Origin: an uncultured Spirochaetota bacterium
GTDB lineage: Bacteria; Spirochaetota; Spirochaetia; SZUA-6; CAVTHK01
Reading direction: 5' to 3'
Assembly: GCA_963734495.1 (NCBI GenBank)
Contig: CAVTHK010000003.1
Span: 64,001 to 128,000 of the forward strand
DNA length: 64,000 bases
Numbering within the stretch: position 1 is the stretch's first letter; each line of letters opens with the position of its first letter. Below are positions 53,404 through 63,602 of this stretch, piece after piece. A program made the translations under genes and the position numbers. Under the pieces are notes generated by a model. It was not told the origin of the DNA. It searched no databases and saw only the letters and a program-made list of their open reading frames with translations.

Positions 53404-55173
53404 CTATTTCGCCCGTTTGCCGTCCCTCGAGGAGGGCCGCGGCGCCTCGAGGATCATGTCCTTGACCGCGGCTCCCGACGGGATCATCGGGAACACGTTG
53501 TCTTCCTTCTCGACCTCCGCGTCGATGACGCACGGGCCGTCGTTGTACGCGAGGGCCGCCTTGAGGATCCTCTTGAGGTCGGAGCTGCGCTTGATGCGGA
53601 ACCCCTTGACGCCGTACGACTGGGCGAGCTTGACGAAGTCGGGGTTGCCGACCAGGTCCACGCCGGAGAGCCGGTTCTCGTAGAACAGGTTCTGCCACTG
53701 CCGCACCATGCCCAGGTAGTGGTTGTTGATGATCACGACCTTGACCGGCAGCTTGTTGATCTGCGCGGTGGCGAGCTCGGAGAGCGTCATCTGGAAGCCG
53801 CCGTCGCCGACGATCGCCACGACCATCCGGTCGGGGTGGGCGAGCTGCGCCCCGATCGCGGCCGGGAAGCCGAAGCCCATGGTGCCGAGGCCGCCGGAGG
53901 TGATCCACTGGAAGCGCTCGTCGATCTTGTAGAACTGGGCCGCCCACATCTGGTGCTGGCCCACGTCGGTGACCGACGATCGCCTTGCCCTCGGTGAGCT
54001 CGTACAGGGCGTCGATGACGTGCTGCGCCTTGAGCTTGCCCTCCTTGCGGTACTTCAGCGGGTATTCCTGCTTCCAGCGCGTCGATCTGCTTGAGCCACT
54101 CCGTCGTGTCGCCGGGCTTGACCAGGCGTGTTCAGCGTCTCGATCACCGGACGCGCGTCGCCGATGATCGCGCAGTCGACCTGGATGGTCTTGTCGACCT
54201 CCGACGGGTCGATGTCCACGTGGATCTTGACCGCGGCCGGGCAGAACTCGCTCACCTTGCCGGTGATGCGGTCGTCCCAGCGGCTGCCGATCGACATGAT
54301 CAGGTCGCACTCGACCACGGCCTTGTTCGCGTAGGCGGTCCCGTGCATGCCCAGCATCCCGAGGCTCAGCTCGTGGCTCTCGGGGAAGCCTCCCTTGCCG
54401 AGCAGCGTGTTCGTCACCGGGATGCGCATCTTTTCGGCCAGGATCCGCACCGCCCGCCCGGCATCGGAGATCACGGCCCCGTGGCCGATCAGCAGCAGCG
54501 GCCTGTGAGCCCGCTCCAGCATGGCCGCGGCGCGCTCGATCTGCTCGATGTCGCCCTCGCTCGGGACGCTGTAGCCGGGCAGGTGGAAGTCCTCGTGGTG
54601 GGTCGGGTCGATCGGCGTGTTCAGCACGTCCTTGGGGATGTCGATCAGCACCGGGCCCGGCCTGCCGGTCTGCGTGAGGTAGAAGGCCTCCTCGAGGATC
54701 CTTGGGAGGTCCTTCGCGTCCTTGACGAGATAGGAGTGCTTGACCACGGGGTACGAGATGCCCGACACGTCGGCTTCCTGGAAGGCATCCATGCCGAGCA
54801 CGTTGGTGTTGGCCTGCCCCGCGATCACGATCATCGGCGCGGAGTCCATCAGGGCGTTGAGCAGGCCCGTGATCGTATTGGTGGCCCCCGGCCCCGAAGT
54901 CACCAGGACGACGGCCGGTTTGCCGGTCGCGCGGGCGTAGCCGTCGGCCATGTGAGTGGCGCCCTGCTCGTGGCGGGTCTGGATCAGCCTGATCGGCGAA
55001 TCGACGAGGGCGTCGAAGATCGGGATGGAAGCGCCGCCGGGGATGCCGAAGACGAACTCCACGCCCTGGCGCTGGAGGATGTCGACAAGCACATCGCAGG
55101 CCCTCCGCAGCTTGGGTGCGGGCTTCTGTGCCGTGGTCTGCCTGTTGTCGGTCTGAACTAGCACTTCAGACAT
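53404..55173 (-). CDS. ilvB: acetolactate synthase large subunit (frameshifts ~53975-54130)
   Basis: [33 protein letters not shown]...NN ThDP motif. Confidence 0.95.
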
Positions 55174-55206
55174 ATCAGCCTCCTATGATTCCAGCGAATT
55201 GACGTG

Positions 55207-55235
55207 AACCTATAGAATATCTCCGAGACTGTCAA
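55207..55235 (-). promoter_or_regulatory. sigma70 promoter of ilvBN
   Basis: TTGACA-N17-TAGGTT in an AT-richer intergenic region. Confidence 0.55.
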
Positions 55236-55370
55236 GAGCCGAACAGAAGATCAACGGCCACGAGGCTGACTTCGGGGATCGGATCGTCGCAACCGCCCTG
55301 AATCTAACCGTCAGATCCTAAAACGTGAAAGTCTTGCTCGACAACTCACTCGAGACAGACCGAGACGATC

Positions 55371-56900
55371 TCATGCTGTGAGGCTGGCGGTGTTCAGCAT
55401 CTTCTCCGTCGCCTCAGCGGCGGCGAGGACCTGGTCCGAGTTGACGCCCCGCGTGACGAACGTGGTCTTCCCCTTCCAGGTGATGAAGCACTGGACGAGC
55501 GCATCGGTCTGGCCCGTCGAGGGGATGGTGATCTGGTAGTCCACCAGAGACGGGCACGCGAAGCCCAGCCGGTCGGTGATCTTGCGGATCGCGTTCATCA
55601 GCGCGTCGTACCCTCCGTCGCCCAGCGCGCTCTCCTCGTACTCGGTGAAGGCCTCGGCCCCGTTGGGCCTGTGGGCCAGCTTGACGGTCGCCATCGGCTT
55701 CATCCCCGTGCTCGAGACCACGACGCACGAGCGCATCTCGAAGTGCCGCTCCGCGGGCGTCTCGAGGACGTCGGAGATGATGTAGGGAAGGTCCTCGGGC
55801 GTGATGGACTTCTTCATGTCGCCGAGGCTGATGACTCTCTCCAGGACGCGCTTCTTCTGGTCCGCGCTGAGCTCGATGCCCAGGGCCTCGAGGTTGTAGT
55901 CGAGGCTGGATTTCCCGCTCAGCTTGCCCAGGGCGTACTGGCGCTTGCGCCCGAAGCGCTCCGGCGCGAGCCGGCTCGCGTACAGGTTGGCCTTCTTGTC
56001 GCCGTCCGCGTGGATGCCCGCCGTCTGCGTGAACACGTTCTGCCCCGAGATGGGCTTGTTGAAGGCGACCCTCCGGCCCGAAAAGATCTCGACCGTCTGG
56101 CTGATCCCGTACAGGGCCTTCTCGTTGATGCGCGACTCGACTCCGAGAAAGTCGCGGACCGCGACGACCGCTTCGTCGAGCGAGGTGTTGCCCGCCCGCT
56201 CGCCGACGCCGTTGACGGTGCAGTGGATGCCCCGGGCACCCGCCCCGACCGCGGCGACCGTATTGGCCGTGGCGACGCCGTAGTCGTTGTGCCCGTGGAA
56301 GTCGAAGTGGCGGTCGGGATAGGCGCGGACCATCTCGGACACGAATTGCGTCACCTGGGCGGGGTGCAGGATCCCGAGCGTGTCCGGGAGCATGACCCTG
56401 CGGATCGGAGAATCGCGGAGCTCGTCGAGGAGAAAGCGGACGTAGTCCGGCGATTCGATCATCCCGTTCGACCAGACCTCGAGGTAGATGTTGACGAGGA
56501 CACCCCGGCCGGCCGCGTAGTCGATCGTGTCGCGGATCTCCTTTGCGTGCTGCTGCGGCGTCTTGCGCAGCTGCTTGCTCAGGTGCTCGAGGGACGCCTT
56601 GGTCAGCAGGTTCATGACCCGGCCCCCCGCCGCGGTCATCCAGTCGACCGATGCCTTGATGTCGGTGAACCCGAGCACTTCCACGCGTTCTTCGAGCCCA
56701 CGTTCCCGCGCCCATGCGGACACCTTGGCCACCGCCTCCTGCTCTCCGGGGCTCACCTTCGCGCTCGCGATCTCGATCCGGTCGACGCGGACCTCCTCCA
56801 GCAGGATGCGCGCCAGGTTGAGCTTCTCCTCGGGCGCGAAGCTCGCGTCCCGCATCTGCTCGCCGTCGCGAAGCGTCGTATCCATCACCTCGACGACCAT
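55371..56900 (-). CDS. cimA: (R)-citramalate synthase / 2-isopropylmalate synthase family with C-terminal regulatory domain
   Basis: DTTLRDGEQ, HGHNDYG, GERAGN, QTAGIHADGDKK, YALGKLSG; Ile-rich leader upstream supports CimA. Confidence 0.8.
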   Translation of the reverse strand: MVVEVMDTTLRDGEQMRDASFAPEEKLNLARILLEEVRVDRIEIASAKVSPGEQEAVAKVSAWARERGLEERVEVLGFTDIKASVDWMTAAGGRVMNLLTKASLEHLSKQLRKTPQQHAKEIRDTIDYAAGRGVLVNIYLEVWSNGMIESPDYVRFLLDELRDSPIRRVMLPDTLGILHPAQVTQFVSEMVRAYPDRHFDFHGHNDYGVATANTVAAVGAGARGIHCTVNGVGERAGNTSLDEAVVAVRDFLGVESRINEKALYGISQTVEIFSGRRVAFNKPISGQNVFTQTAGIHADGDKKANLYASRLAPERFGRKRQYALGKLSGKSSLDYNLEALGIELSADQKKRVLERVISLGDMKKSITPEDLPYIISDVLETPAERHFEMRSCVVVSSTGMKPMATVKLAHRPNGAEAFTEYEESALGDGGYDALMNAIRKITDRLGFACPSLVDYQITIPSTGQTDALVQCFITWKGKTTFVTRGVNSDQVLAAAEATEKMLNTASLTA

Positions 56901-56932
56901 GCCGATCCCTCCTCGACGTTGCGCCCCGCGCG

Positions 56933-56966
56933 AAAAAAAAGCCGTGAGCGCCAGGCCCACGGCTTT
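56933..56966 (-). terminator. attenuator terminator upstream of cimA
   Basis: AGCCGTGGGC-CTGGC-GCTCACGGCT followed by a T run on the minus strand. Confidence 0.85.
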
Positions 56967-56986
56967 GTCTTGCGCGCCGTCCCCTT

Positions 56987-57073
56987 TCAGGGAGACGTGG
57001 GCCTCGCGCAGGCGCCCGCGACGGTAATGAGGATGATGATCGCGATGTCGCAGGCCGCGCTGTCGTGCCGCAC
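56987..57073 (-). CDS. Ile-rich attenuator leader peptide (28 aa, MRHDSAACDIAIIILITVAGACARPTSP)
   Basis: GGAGGAG RBS, GTG start, codons ATC GCG ATC ATC ATC CTC ATT; followed by antiterminator/terminator. Confidence 0.8.
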   Translation of the reverse strand: MRHDSAACDIAIIILITVAGACARPTSP

Positions 57074-57099
57074 CTTCCGTCTCCTCCGAAGTGGAAAGC

Positions 57100-57129
57100 A
57101 GTATACGGGCCGCTCGCTTCCCGTGTCAA
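57100..57129 (-). promoter_or_regulatory. sigma70 promoter of the cimA leader
   Basis: TTGACA-N18-TATACT. Confidence 0.75.
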
Positions 57130-57156
57130 CCTGGAGTTGGTCCTTCCCGGACGGAC

Positions 57157-57715
57157 TCACTCCTCGGAGATCGCGTCGAGGGCTTCCTCGTTCGCCTGCA
57201 CGGTCCGCAGATCATCCGCGTGGACCTGCGCCCTGTAAAGGGTCTCGGTCTGCGCCATCTGCTCCGTGAGGCCCTCGAGCTGGGCTTTGAGCCCCGCCTT
57301 CTGGTCGGCGGGGATCTGCGGGTTGCGTTCGATCTCCGCGAGCTGCGCCGCGATCTCCGCGGCCGCCTGTGCGCGCGTCTCTTCGAGCTTGAGGGTCAGG
57401 TAGGAGTAGAAGACGGCCGTGAACTTCCGGAACTGAGCGTCGCCCCACCCGTACTTGCCGAGGATCTTCTGCGCGTCCGCGTTGACCTGCAGGGCGCCGA
57501 GAACCCCCGGCAGGGCGTTCGGGGTCCCCGCCTCGGGGGCCTGTTGCTCCCCGATCCCGAGCTGTGAGAGCTCGGCCATCAGGGACTTGAAGTCGCCGAT
57601 GAACTTCTTGACGTCGGCGTCGCTGAGCAGCGGCCGGGCAGGCGCCTGCGCGACCGCGGCGGCGACCGCGGCGAGGACGGATGATCAGGACGAACAGGGC
57701 GCTGCGCTTTCTCAT
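57157..57715 (-). CDS. exported helical hypothetical protein (frameshift ~57680)
   Basis: signal peptide MRKRSALFVLII..., LLSDADVKKFI, coiled-coil C-terminus. Confidence 0.65.
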
Positions 57716-57764
57716 GCCGGAGAGCATGCTACGCCCGCGGCCCGGCCGTCCAGCGTCGGAGCGC

Positions 57765-57794
57765 AAAAGAAAGGGGAGCCTCGCGGCTCCCCTT
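57765..57794 (-). terminator. intrinsic terminator
   Basis: AAGGGGAGCC-GCGA-GGCTCCCCTT-TCTTTT on the minus strand. Confidence 0.8.
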
Positions 57795-57809
57795 CGCAAC
57801 GGATGTCGT

Positions 57810-58298
57810 TCAGGTCCTGTCGCCGCCCCGCGGGCCAGGTCCCCAGTTGCCGCCCATCATGCCGGGGCCGCGCATTCGGCCGCCGCGCCCGCCGGGACCC
57901 ATGGCCCCCGGGCCAAAGCCGCGCTGGTCGATCGTGTACTCCTTGCCGTTGACGACGGCCTTGGTCACGAGCAATCCCTTCTCGTTCGCGTCCCTGCACC
58001 ACGGCGCGTTCTCGACGAGGTAGCCTTCAACCTTGATCGTGTCGCCCTCCTTGACGTCGATGTCGTTGCGGTAGCGGCCGGGCACCATCAACGCGTACTC
58101 TTCCTTGTCGGTCTTCAGCGTCGGGTGCCAGTCGTCGAACGACAGCTTGCCGGTGACTTCGGTCTTGGTCTGCGAGCCCCAACCGCGGGCCGAGGGCCCG
58201 GCCGGGGGAGTCGTGTCATCCTTGGTGCCGCGCGCGAACGTGGGAGTCGCCAGGACTGCGGCGACGAGCAGTACGATCGTAAGGACTTTCGCCTTCAT
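57810..58298 (-). CDS. exported small beta-rich protein with Gly/Met/Arg-rich tail
   Basis: GGAGG RBS, signal peptide ending TFARG, tail GPGAMGPGGRGGRMRGPGMMGG. Confidence 0.8.
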   Translation of the reverse strand: MKAKVLTIVLLVAAVLATPTFARGTKDDTTPPAGPSARGWGSQTKTEVTGKLSFDDWHPTLKTDKEEYALMVPGRYRNDIDVKEGDTIKVEGYLVENAPWCRDANEKGLLVTKAVVNGKEYTIDQRGFGPGAMGPGGRGGRMRGPGMMGGNWGPGPRGGDRT

Positions 58299-58334
58299 TT
58301 GTTTTCCTCCATATCAGGCGTTCTGCCCTTGGTA

Positions 58335-58352
58335 ATGCATGAGGCGTGCCAG
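58335..58352 (-). promoter_or_regulatory. sigma54 (-24/-12) promoter
   Basis: CTGGCACGCCTCATGCAT with exact GG-N10-GC spacing. Confidence 0.65.
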
Positions 58353-58564
58353 GTGAGGGCGCCCGGCGGGCGCGCGCGGAGGCAAGAAACCGGGAATTCG
58401 ATCTCTCGGAGCCGGAAATTCCGAACGGGACACGACTGCCGGCTCGGGGCCGGAGCGAGCCGTGCGCAGATCCTGCGCGGGGATCGTTTTCGCGCAGTTC
58501 CCGCGCATCGGCTCGCATGACCGGCGGCTCGGCGCGAGGCGGCCATCGGGGTTACCATAGCGCC

Positions 58565-59284
58565 ATGTCGCGTTTCCAGGTGATCGGCTTCGACGCGGAC
58601 GACACGCTGTGGCACAACGAGCGTCTGTACGCCGAGACGCAATCGGGGTTCCGGAAGCTGCTGTCGCGATACCACAGCCCCGAGTGGGTCGACGAGCGCC
58701 TCCACCAGACCGAGCTGCGCAACCTGCGGCATTTCGGTTACGGCATCAAGGGGTTCACGCTCTCGATGATCGAGACCGCGATCGAGCTGACCGACGGCCG
58801 CATCAGCGGCGTTGAAGTGCAGAGCATCATCGACTCGGCCAAGCGGATGCTCGCCGCCGACGTGGAGCTGCTCGACCACGCGGACGAGACCCTGAGGAGC
58901 CTGGCCGCGGACTACCCGCTCATGCTGATCACCAAGGGGGACCTTCACGACCAGGAGGCGAAGATCGCGCGCTCGGGCGTGGCCGGCCGTTTCCGCCACG
59001 TGGAGATCGTGAGCGACAAGAGCGCCGAGAGCTACCGCGCCCTGCTGGAGCGCCACCGCATCGCGCCCGAGCGCTTCCTGATGGTGGGCAATTCCCTGCG
59101 CTCGGACATCCTGCCGGTCCTGGCGATCGGCGCGGCCGCCGTCTACGTCCCCTACGAGCTCACGTGGGCGCACGAGGCCGCGGAGCGCCCGCCCGCGGGG
59201 CAGGCGGGCTACCACGAGCTCGAGCACCTCGGCATGCTTCCCGACCTGATCCGCAGGCTGGAGAGCGGAGGTCAGTACACGTAG
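58565..59284 (+). CDS. HAD-superfamily hydrolase
   Basis: FDADDTLW motif I, ITKGD, MVGNSLRSDI. Confidence 0.92.
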   Translation: MSRFQVIGFDADDTLWHNERLYAETQSGFRKLLSRYHSPEWVDERLHQTELRNLRHFGYGIKGFTLSMIETAIELTDGRISGVEVQSIIDSAKRMLAADVELLDHADETLRSLAADYPLMLITKGDLHDQEAKIARSGVAGRFRHVEIVSDKSAESYRALLERHRIAPERFLMVGNSLRSDILPVLAIGAAAVYVPYELTWAHEAAERPPAGQAGYHELEHLGMLPDLIRRLESGGQYT

Positions 59285-60351
59285 CGGAAGCCGGTCGTGA
59301 GGGCGAGGTCCCCGGACCGGCCCCATCCGTAGGTGTCGTCGCTGTCGCCGAGCTGCACCGATGCGTAGGCGAGCAGCGTCAGGCCGGTCTGCATCTTCCA
59401 GTCGGCGCCGAGGACGCAGAGAGCGCTCACGTCGATCGGGGAGACGAAGCTGCGCGACAGAAGCGAGAGCTTGGGTCCGATGTTCCAGACCACCTCGGGG
59501 TACAGCAGCAGCCCGTATTCGCTCGAGGCATCACCTTCGGTCCACCGGCCTCCGGGGCGGACGAGCGCCTCGAGACGGACCGCGAGATCCGTGCCGTCCG
59601 GCAGGCGCACCACGTGGTACAGGCCGCCGCTCGCGAGCAGCGTCTTCGGGAGCTCATCGGGGGCGACGCCGTTTTGCGGCAGCGCCGCGGAAGCGGCGAA
59701 GTAAACATCGAAGAAGAGGCTCCCGTGCAGGCTGACGAACGGGTTGTGGGTGCCGTCCGAGCCGCGGTAGAGGGTGCCGGCCTCGATCTGCGACCCGCCG
59801 ATTCGCCCCAGAAACCGCGCACCCGCGGCCGCTTGTCCGATGCCCGGGGTCTCGGCAGTCGTCAGGTCGAGCCCGGGAGCGAGAGCCGTAGCCTCGACAA
59901 AGGAGAACGGGCCCAGGGGCACGAACACGGTCGTCTGCCAGACGGCCAGGTCGCGCAGCGACTCGGCGGTCAGGTCCGCCGTGGAGCCGATCGGGCCGAA
60001 GATCACGTCGGCTGCGTTGTAGAAGAAACCCTGGCCCCACGAGATGGGGGCGAGCCCCTGTGTCGCGCGCCAGCCCGGCGTGCGCACGCGGACGTACGCG
60101 CGCGACACCGCCGCTTCGGTCGTCTCGCCGACGCGGGCCTCGAGCGCGAGCTGGCCGCGCACGCTTTCGGTGGGCGCGGCGTCCAGAAAGACCCGCGCGA
60201 GCGCCGAGCCGGCGAGGCCCGCCTCGAAGTCGTCCAGCCGCGTGAGGGTGTCCAGCAGCGTGAGCTCCACCGCGGGTTTCACTTCCGCCCGCGCCCCGCC
60301 CGCGGCGAATGCCGCGAGCACGAGAGCGCCGATCAGCCTCTTCGTCACCAC
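59272..60351 (-). CDS. putative outer-membrane beta-barrel protein
   Basis: signal peptide, amphipathic beta pattern, ISWGQG motif, C-terminal aromatic FRYVY. Confidence 0.65.
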   Translation of the reverse strand: MVTKRLIGALVLAAFAAGGARAEVKPAVELTLLDTLTRLDDFEAGLAGSALARVFLDAAPTESVRGQLALEARVGETTEAAVSRAYVRVRTPGWRATQGLAPISWGQGFFYNAADVIFGPIGSTADLTAESLRDLAVWQTTVFVPLGPFSFVEATALAPGLDLTTAETPGIGQAAAGARFLGRIGGSQIEAGTLYRGSDGTHNPFVSLHGSLFFDVYFAASAALPQNGVAPDELPKTLLASGGLYHVVRLPDGTDLAVRLEALVRPGGRWTEGDASSEYGLLLYPEVVWNIGPKLSLLSRSFVSPIDVSALCVLGADWKMQTGLTLLAYASVQLGDSDDTYGWGRSGDLALTTGFRYVY

Positions 60352-61085
60352 GTGAGCTCTCCCAGCGAAAAGATCTTCGGCGGCAGGGGCCGGTCGATCT
60401 CGATCTCGCTGACGACGAACTCCGTCGACGAGCCCCGCCGCAGGCTGTCCCGCAGGGTCATGCGCGTGACCACGTTCCTGCCGGCCACCCGCCGGATCTC
60501 GTTCACCTCGATCTCCTTGAGCAGGGTGCCGGAGCGCGCGAACTTCTGCGCCTTGCGGAATATGAACAGCTCCTTGTCGATCCAGAGCGTCTGCCGGTAG
60601 TAGGGCACGTCGCGCTTCGTCGCTTCCAGCGTGACCCGGTAGCAGGAGCGGCCGTCGACGATGTCGCTGCCTTCGAGCGTCGCCCTGTAGGACTTGAGGA
60701 GGCTCTTGCCTCCGGTCATGTCGTCGTAGGACATGTCCGATCCGAGCACCGCGTCCCTGAGCGCCGCCCCCTGCAGGCGGATCAGTTCGGCCGCGTCCGG
60801 GTAGTAGAGGTAGATCTCGTCCTTCGTGCGGAGGATCTTCGTGCCGCGCTCCTCGGCGCTCGTGAACTCGATGAGCATCGTCTCGTCGCCGCGCGAGTAC
60901 GAGACGAACGTGCTTTCTCTCGCGCCGAAACGGTCGCGGACGGTCATCGAGCCGGCGGAGCGCGCGGTGTCGAAGACGATGTTCCGCTCCATCCGCGTGA
61001 TGATCTCGTCGGCCGTCTCGGCCCGGGCAGCCGGGGCCGCGAACGCGGCGCACAACAGGGCGCAGGCGGGCAGGATTCCCTTCAT
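60345..61085 (-). CDS. outer membrane lipoprotein-sorting (LolA-like) protein
   Basis: ERGTKIL, LGSDMSYDDM, YYRQTLWIDKE, KIFSLGEL. Confidence 0.85.
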   Translation of the reverse strand: MKGILPACALLCAAFAAPAARAETADEIITRMERNIVFDTARSAGSMTVRDRFGARESTFVSYSRGDETMLIEFTSAEERGTKILRTKDEIYLYYPDAAELIRLQGAALRDAVLGSDMSYDDMTGGKSLLKSYRATLEGSDIVDGRSCYRVTLEATKRDVPYYRQTLWIDKELFIFRKAQKFARSGTLLKEIEVNEIRRVAGRNVVTRMTLRDSLRRGSSTEFVVSEIEIDRPLPPKIFSLGELTW

Positions 61086-61086
61086 C

Positions 61087-62319
61087 TCAAGTCGACCTCA
61101 GCGCTTCAACAGGTGTGATCCGGGCGGCGCGGGCCGCGGGCAGGAGCGAAGCCGCGCCCGCCACCGCGGCGGCGTACACGAACACGAGCAGCGTCGACCT
61201 CACGCTCAGGACCGGGCGCAGCACGCCCGAGATCTCGAGGTCGACCCCTTCCATGGCGGCGCGGAAGTCGAGGCCCGTCACGGAGAGCGGGAGCGTGATG
61301 GCGGCGCCGGCGAGCACGCCCGCGAGGGAGCCGATGATCCCGAGCGCCAGCGCCTCCAGGAAGAACAGCCGCACGATCTGGCTTCCCTGCATGCCCATGG
61401 CCGCTATGGTGCCGATCTCGCGCGTGCGCTCGTAGATCGTCATCATCGTCGTGTTGACGATCACCGTGCTGCCGAGCACGAAGAACAGGAGCGCGATGAT
61501 GTCGTAGGAAGTCGAAGCCATGGCCATGAGCGACCAGCTTGTCCGCAGCGATCGCCAGCTCCTCGCCTCCGCCTCCGGCCACCCGCGGCCGGCGAGCGCG
61601 GCCTCGAGGCGGGCCGCCGCGCGCACGCTGTCCGCGCCGCCGCGCAGCTTGACGAGGATCTCGGTCACCGAGTCGTCCATCCGCGCGAGGCGGCGGGCGC
61701 GGTCGAGCGGGAGCCACACGCACTTCGCCTCGAGAGCCGCGACCGGGAAGCGCGCGAGCGCGGCGACCTCCACGGTCACGGCGTTGGTGCCGCGGCGCAT
61801 GGTCGTGGCGAGCAGCGTGATCCGGTCGCCGACCCCGACCCCCAGCTCGCGGGCGAAGCGGGCGCCGAGGATGGCCTCGCTCGACCCGGGGCGGGGCGGT
61901 CGCCCTTCGACCAGGCGCCGCGAGAGGCCCTGGAAGCGCTCCTCGCGCGCGGGATCGTAGCCGTAGACGAGGGCGGCCACCATCCGCTCGCCGCGGTAGA
62001 CCGCGGCCGGCAGCTCGATCCTCGGCGCGACGGATGCGACGTCGGGGTCGGCCTCGACGAGCGACGCCGCGTCTTCCGCGCGCTCGACGCGCAGGTGCAG
62101 CGGCGCGAGCTGCTCGTAGCGGTCATAGTCGCGGTGGCGGATGCGCACTTCCCCCGAGACGAAGGTGTGGAGGTTGTCCGCGAGATCGCGCTTCATCCCC
62201 TCGAGGATCGAGAACATCAGCGTGATCGCCATGGCGGCGACGGCGATGGCCGCCATGGAGAGGAGGCTGCGCCTCCTGTTGCGCCGGATGTTCCTCAGGG
62301 CCATGGCTGCGAGCTTCAC
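61087..62319 (-). CDS. FtsX/LolE-like ABC permease
   Basis: RNIRRNRRRS, NTTMMTIYERTREIGT, PVEALR. Confidence 0.9.
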   Translation of the reverse strand: MKLAAMALRNIRRNRRRSLLSMAAIAVAAMAITLMFSILEGMKRDLADNLHTFVSGEVRIRHRDYDRYEQLAPLHLRVERAEDAASLVEADPDVASVAPRIELPAAVYRGERMVAALVYGYDPAREERFQGLSRRLVEGRPPRPGSSEAILGARFARELGVGVGDRITLLATTMRRGTNAVTVEVAALARFPVAALEAKCVWLPLDRARRLARMDDSVTEILVKLRGGADSVRAAARLEAALAGRGWPEAEARSWRSLRTSWSLMAMASTSYDIIALLFFVLGSTVIVNTTMMTIYERTREIGTIAAMGMQGSQIVRLFFLEALALGIIGSLAGVLAGAAITLPLSVTGLDFRAAMEGVDLEISGVLRPVLSVRSTLLVFVYAAAVAGAASLLPAARAARITPVEALRST

Positions 62320-62330
62320 AGGTGAGCCTC

Positions 62331-63602
62331 CTACACGGCCCTCAGGCAGTCGGTGATCGACATCGAGAGGGCGCGGCGCGTGGGCACGAACGCCACCCCG
62401 ACCGAAAGGAGCACGCCGAAGACCGCGGCGCCCGCCATCGCCTCGGGGTGCCACGCGCCCCGGAAGACGCCGCTCACCCGGTAGCCGATGTCCATGGTCC
62501 GCATCGCCGCCGAGAAGTCGATGCCCACGTTGACGATCCAGAGGCAGAGCAGCGACCCGAGCGCGAGGCCGAAGGCGGAGCCGATCACGCCGATCCCCGC
62601 GGCCTCGAGCAGGAAGAGCCGGCGCACCTGGCGATCGCCCATTCCGAGCGCCCGCAGCGTCCCCAGCTCGCGGACGCGCTCGTACACCGCCATCAGCATC
62701 GTGTTCGAGACTCCCACCGCCGCGATGATGAACACCAGCAGGAGAAGGATCCCGCTCCCCTTCTGCTTCTGCTCCGCGAGGGCGACATAGTCCGCGGCGA
62801 GCGTGGTCCAGTCGAGGACCTCGATGCCGGGGAACTCCGGCCGCAGCGCCGTCTCGAGATCGGCGGCCTCGGCGCCGGCGCCCCTCGCCGCTCGCGCGTC
62901 CGCTCGCTCCGGGAAGCGCAGGTCGATCTCCGTCACCGCGCCGCCCATCGCCAGCAGGTCGTCGGCCATGTCCAGCGGGACGAATACGGAGCCGCGGTTC
63001 ACTTCGGGGTTGGGGCAGGAGACGATCCCGGCCACCGGAGCGTCGAGGGTCTGGTAGTAGCCGTCCCGGGTGCGGGTCACGATCGTGACGGGGTAGCCGA
63101 CCTCCGCGCCGAGGTCCTCCGCGAGCCACGAGCCGAGGAGCACCGCCTCCTCGCCGCGCCTGAGGTAGCGGCCGGCGGTGACGGTCTCGCGGAAGCGAAA
63201 GACCCGGTCGTCGCGCTCCGGATCGATCGCCTCGACCCTGACGCGCAGCGCGCCGTCCTCGGGGAACGGGTCCTTTCGCACGACCAGCTCGCCGCCGAAG
63301 ACCGTGCGAGGCGTCGCGGCCACCCCTCGCGCCGCGAGGCGCTCGAGGATCGGTTCCGGCCGTTCGATCGCCGGGTCGAGCGGGAGCTGGTCCTTGTCCT
63401 TCCAGTACCCCCGGGCCAGGACGCGGGCGGAGCCGGTTTCGTACCAGACGAGGTTCCGCTCCGATTCCCTCTCGGCTCCAAGCAGGAGCGAGTCCGCGAG
63501 GAGGTAAATCCCCAGCCCGACGCCCAGAGCCGCCGACGTGATGAGCGTGCGCCTGCGGTACCGCAGCAGGTTCTTCCACGCGAGGGCAGCCAGGAACCTC
63601 AC
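62331..63602 (-). CDS. FtsX/LolE-like ABC permease
   Basis: [36 protein letters not shown] before GTG. Confidence 0.88.
   Translation of the reverse strand: MRFLAALAWKNLLRYRRRTLITSAALGVGLGIYLLADSLLLGAERESERNLVWYETGSARVLARGYWKDKDQLPLDPAIERPEPILERLAARGVAATPRTVFGGELVVRKDPFPEDGALRVRVEAIDPERDDRVFRFRETVTAGRYLRRGEEAVLLGSWLAEDLGAEVGYPVTIVTRTRDGYYQTLDAPVAGIVSCPNPEVNRGSVFVPLDMADDLLAMGGAVTEIDLRFPERADARAARGAGAEAADLETALRPEFPGIEVLDWTTLAADYVALAEQKQKGSGILLLLVFIIAAVGVSNTMLMAVYERVRELGTLRALGMGDRQVRRLFLLEAAGIGVIGSAFGLALGSLLCLWIVNVGIDFSAAMRTMDIGYRVSGVFRGAWHPEAMAGAAVFGVLLSVGVAFVPTRRALSMSITDCLRAV

Noticed and set aside
55236-55370. AT-richer stretch between cimA and ilvB as a possible sRNA, T-box or second attenuator
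   Set aside because: No T-box consensus, leader peptide or terminator recognised; explained as promoter-upstream DNA
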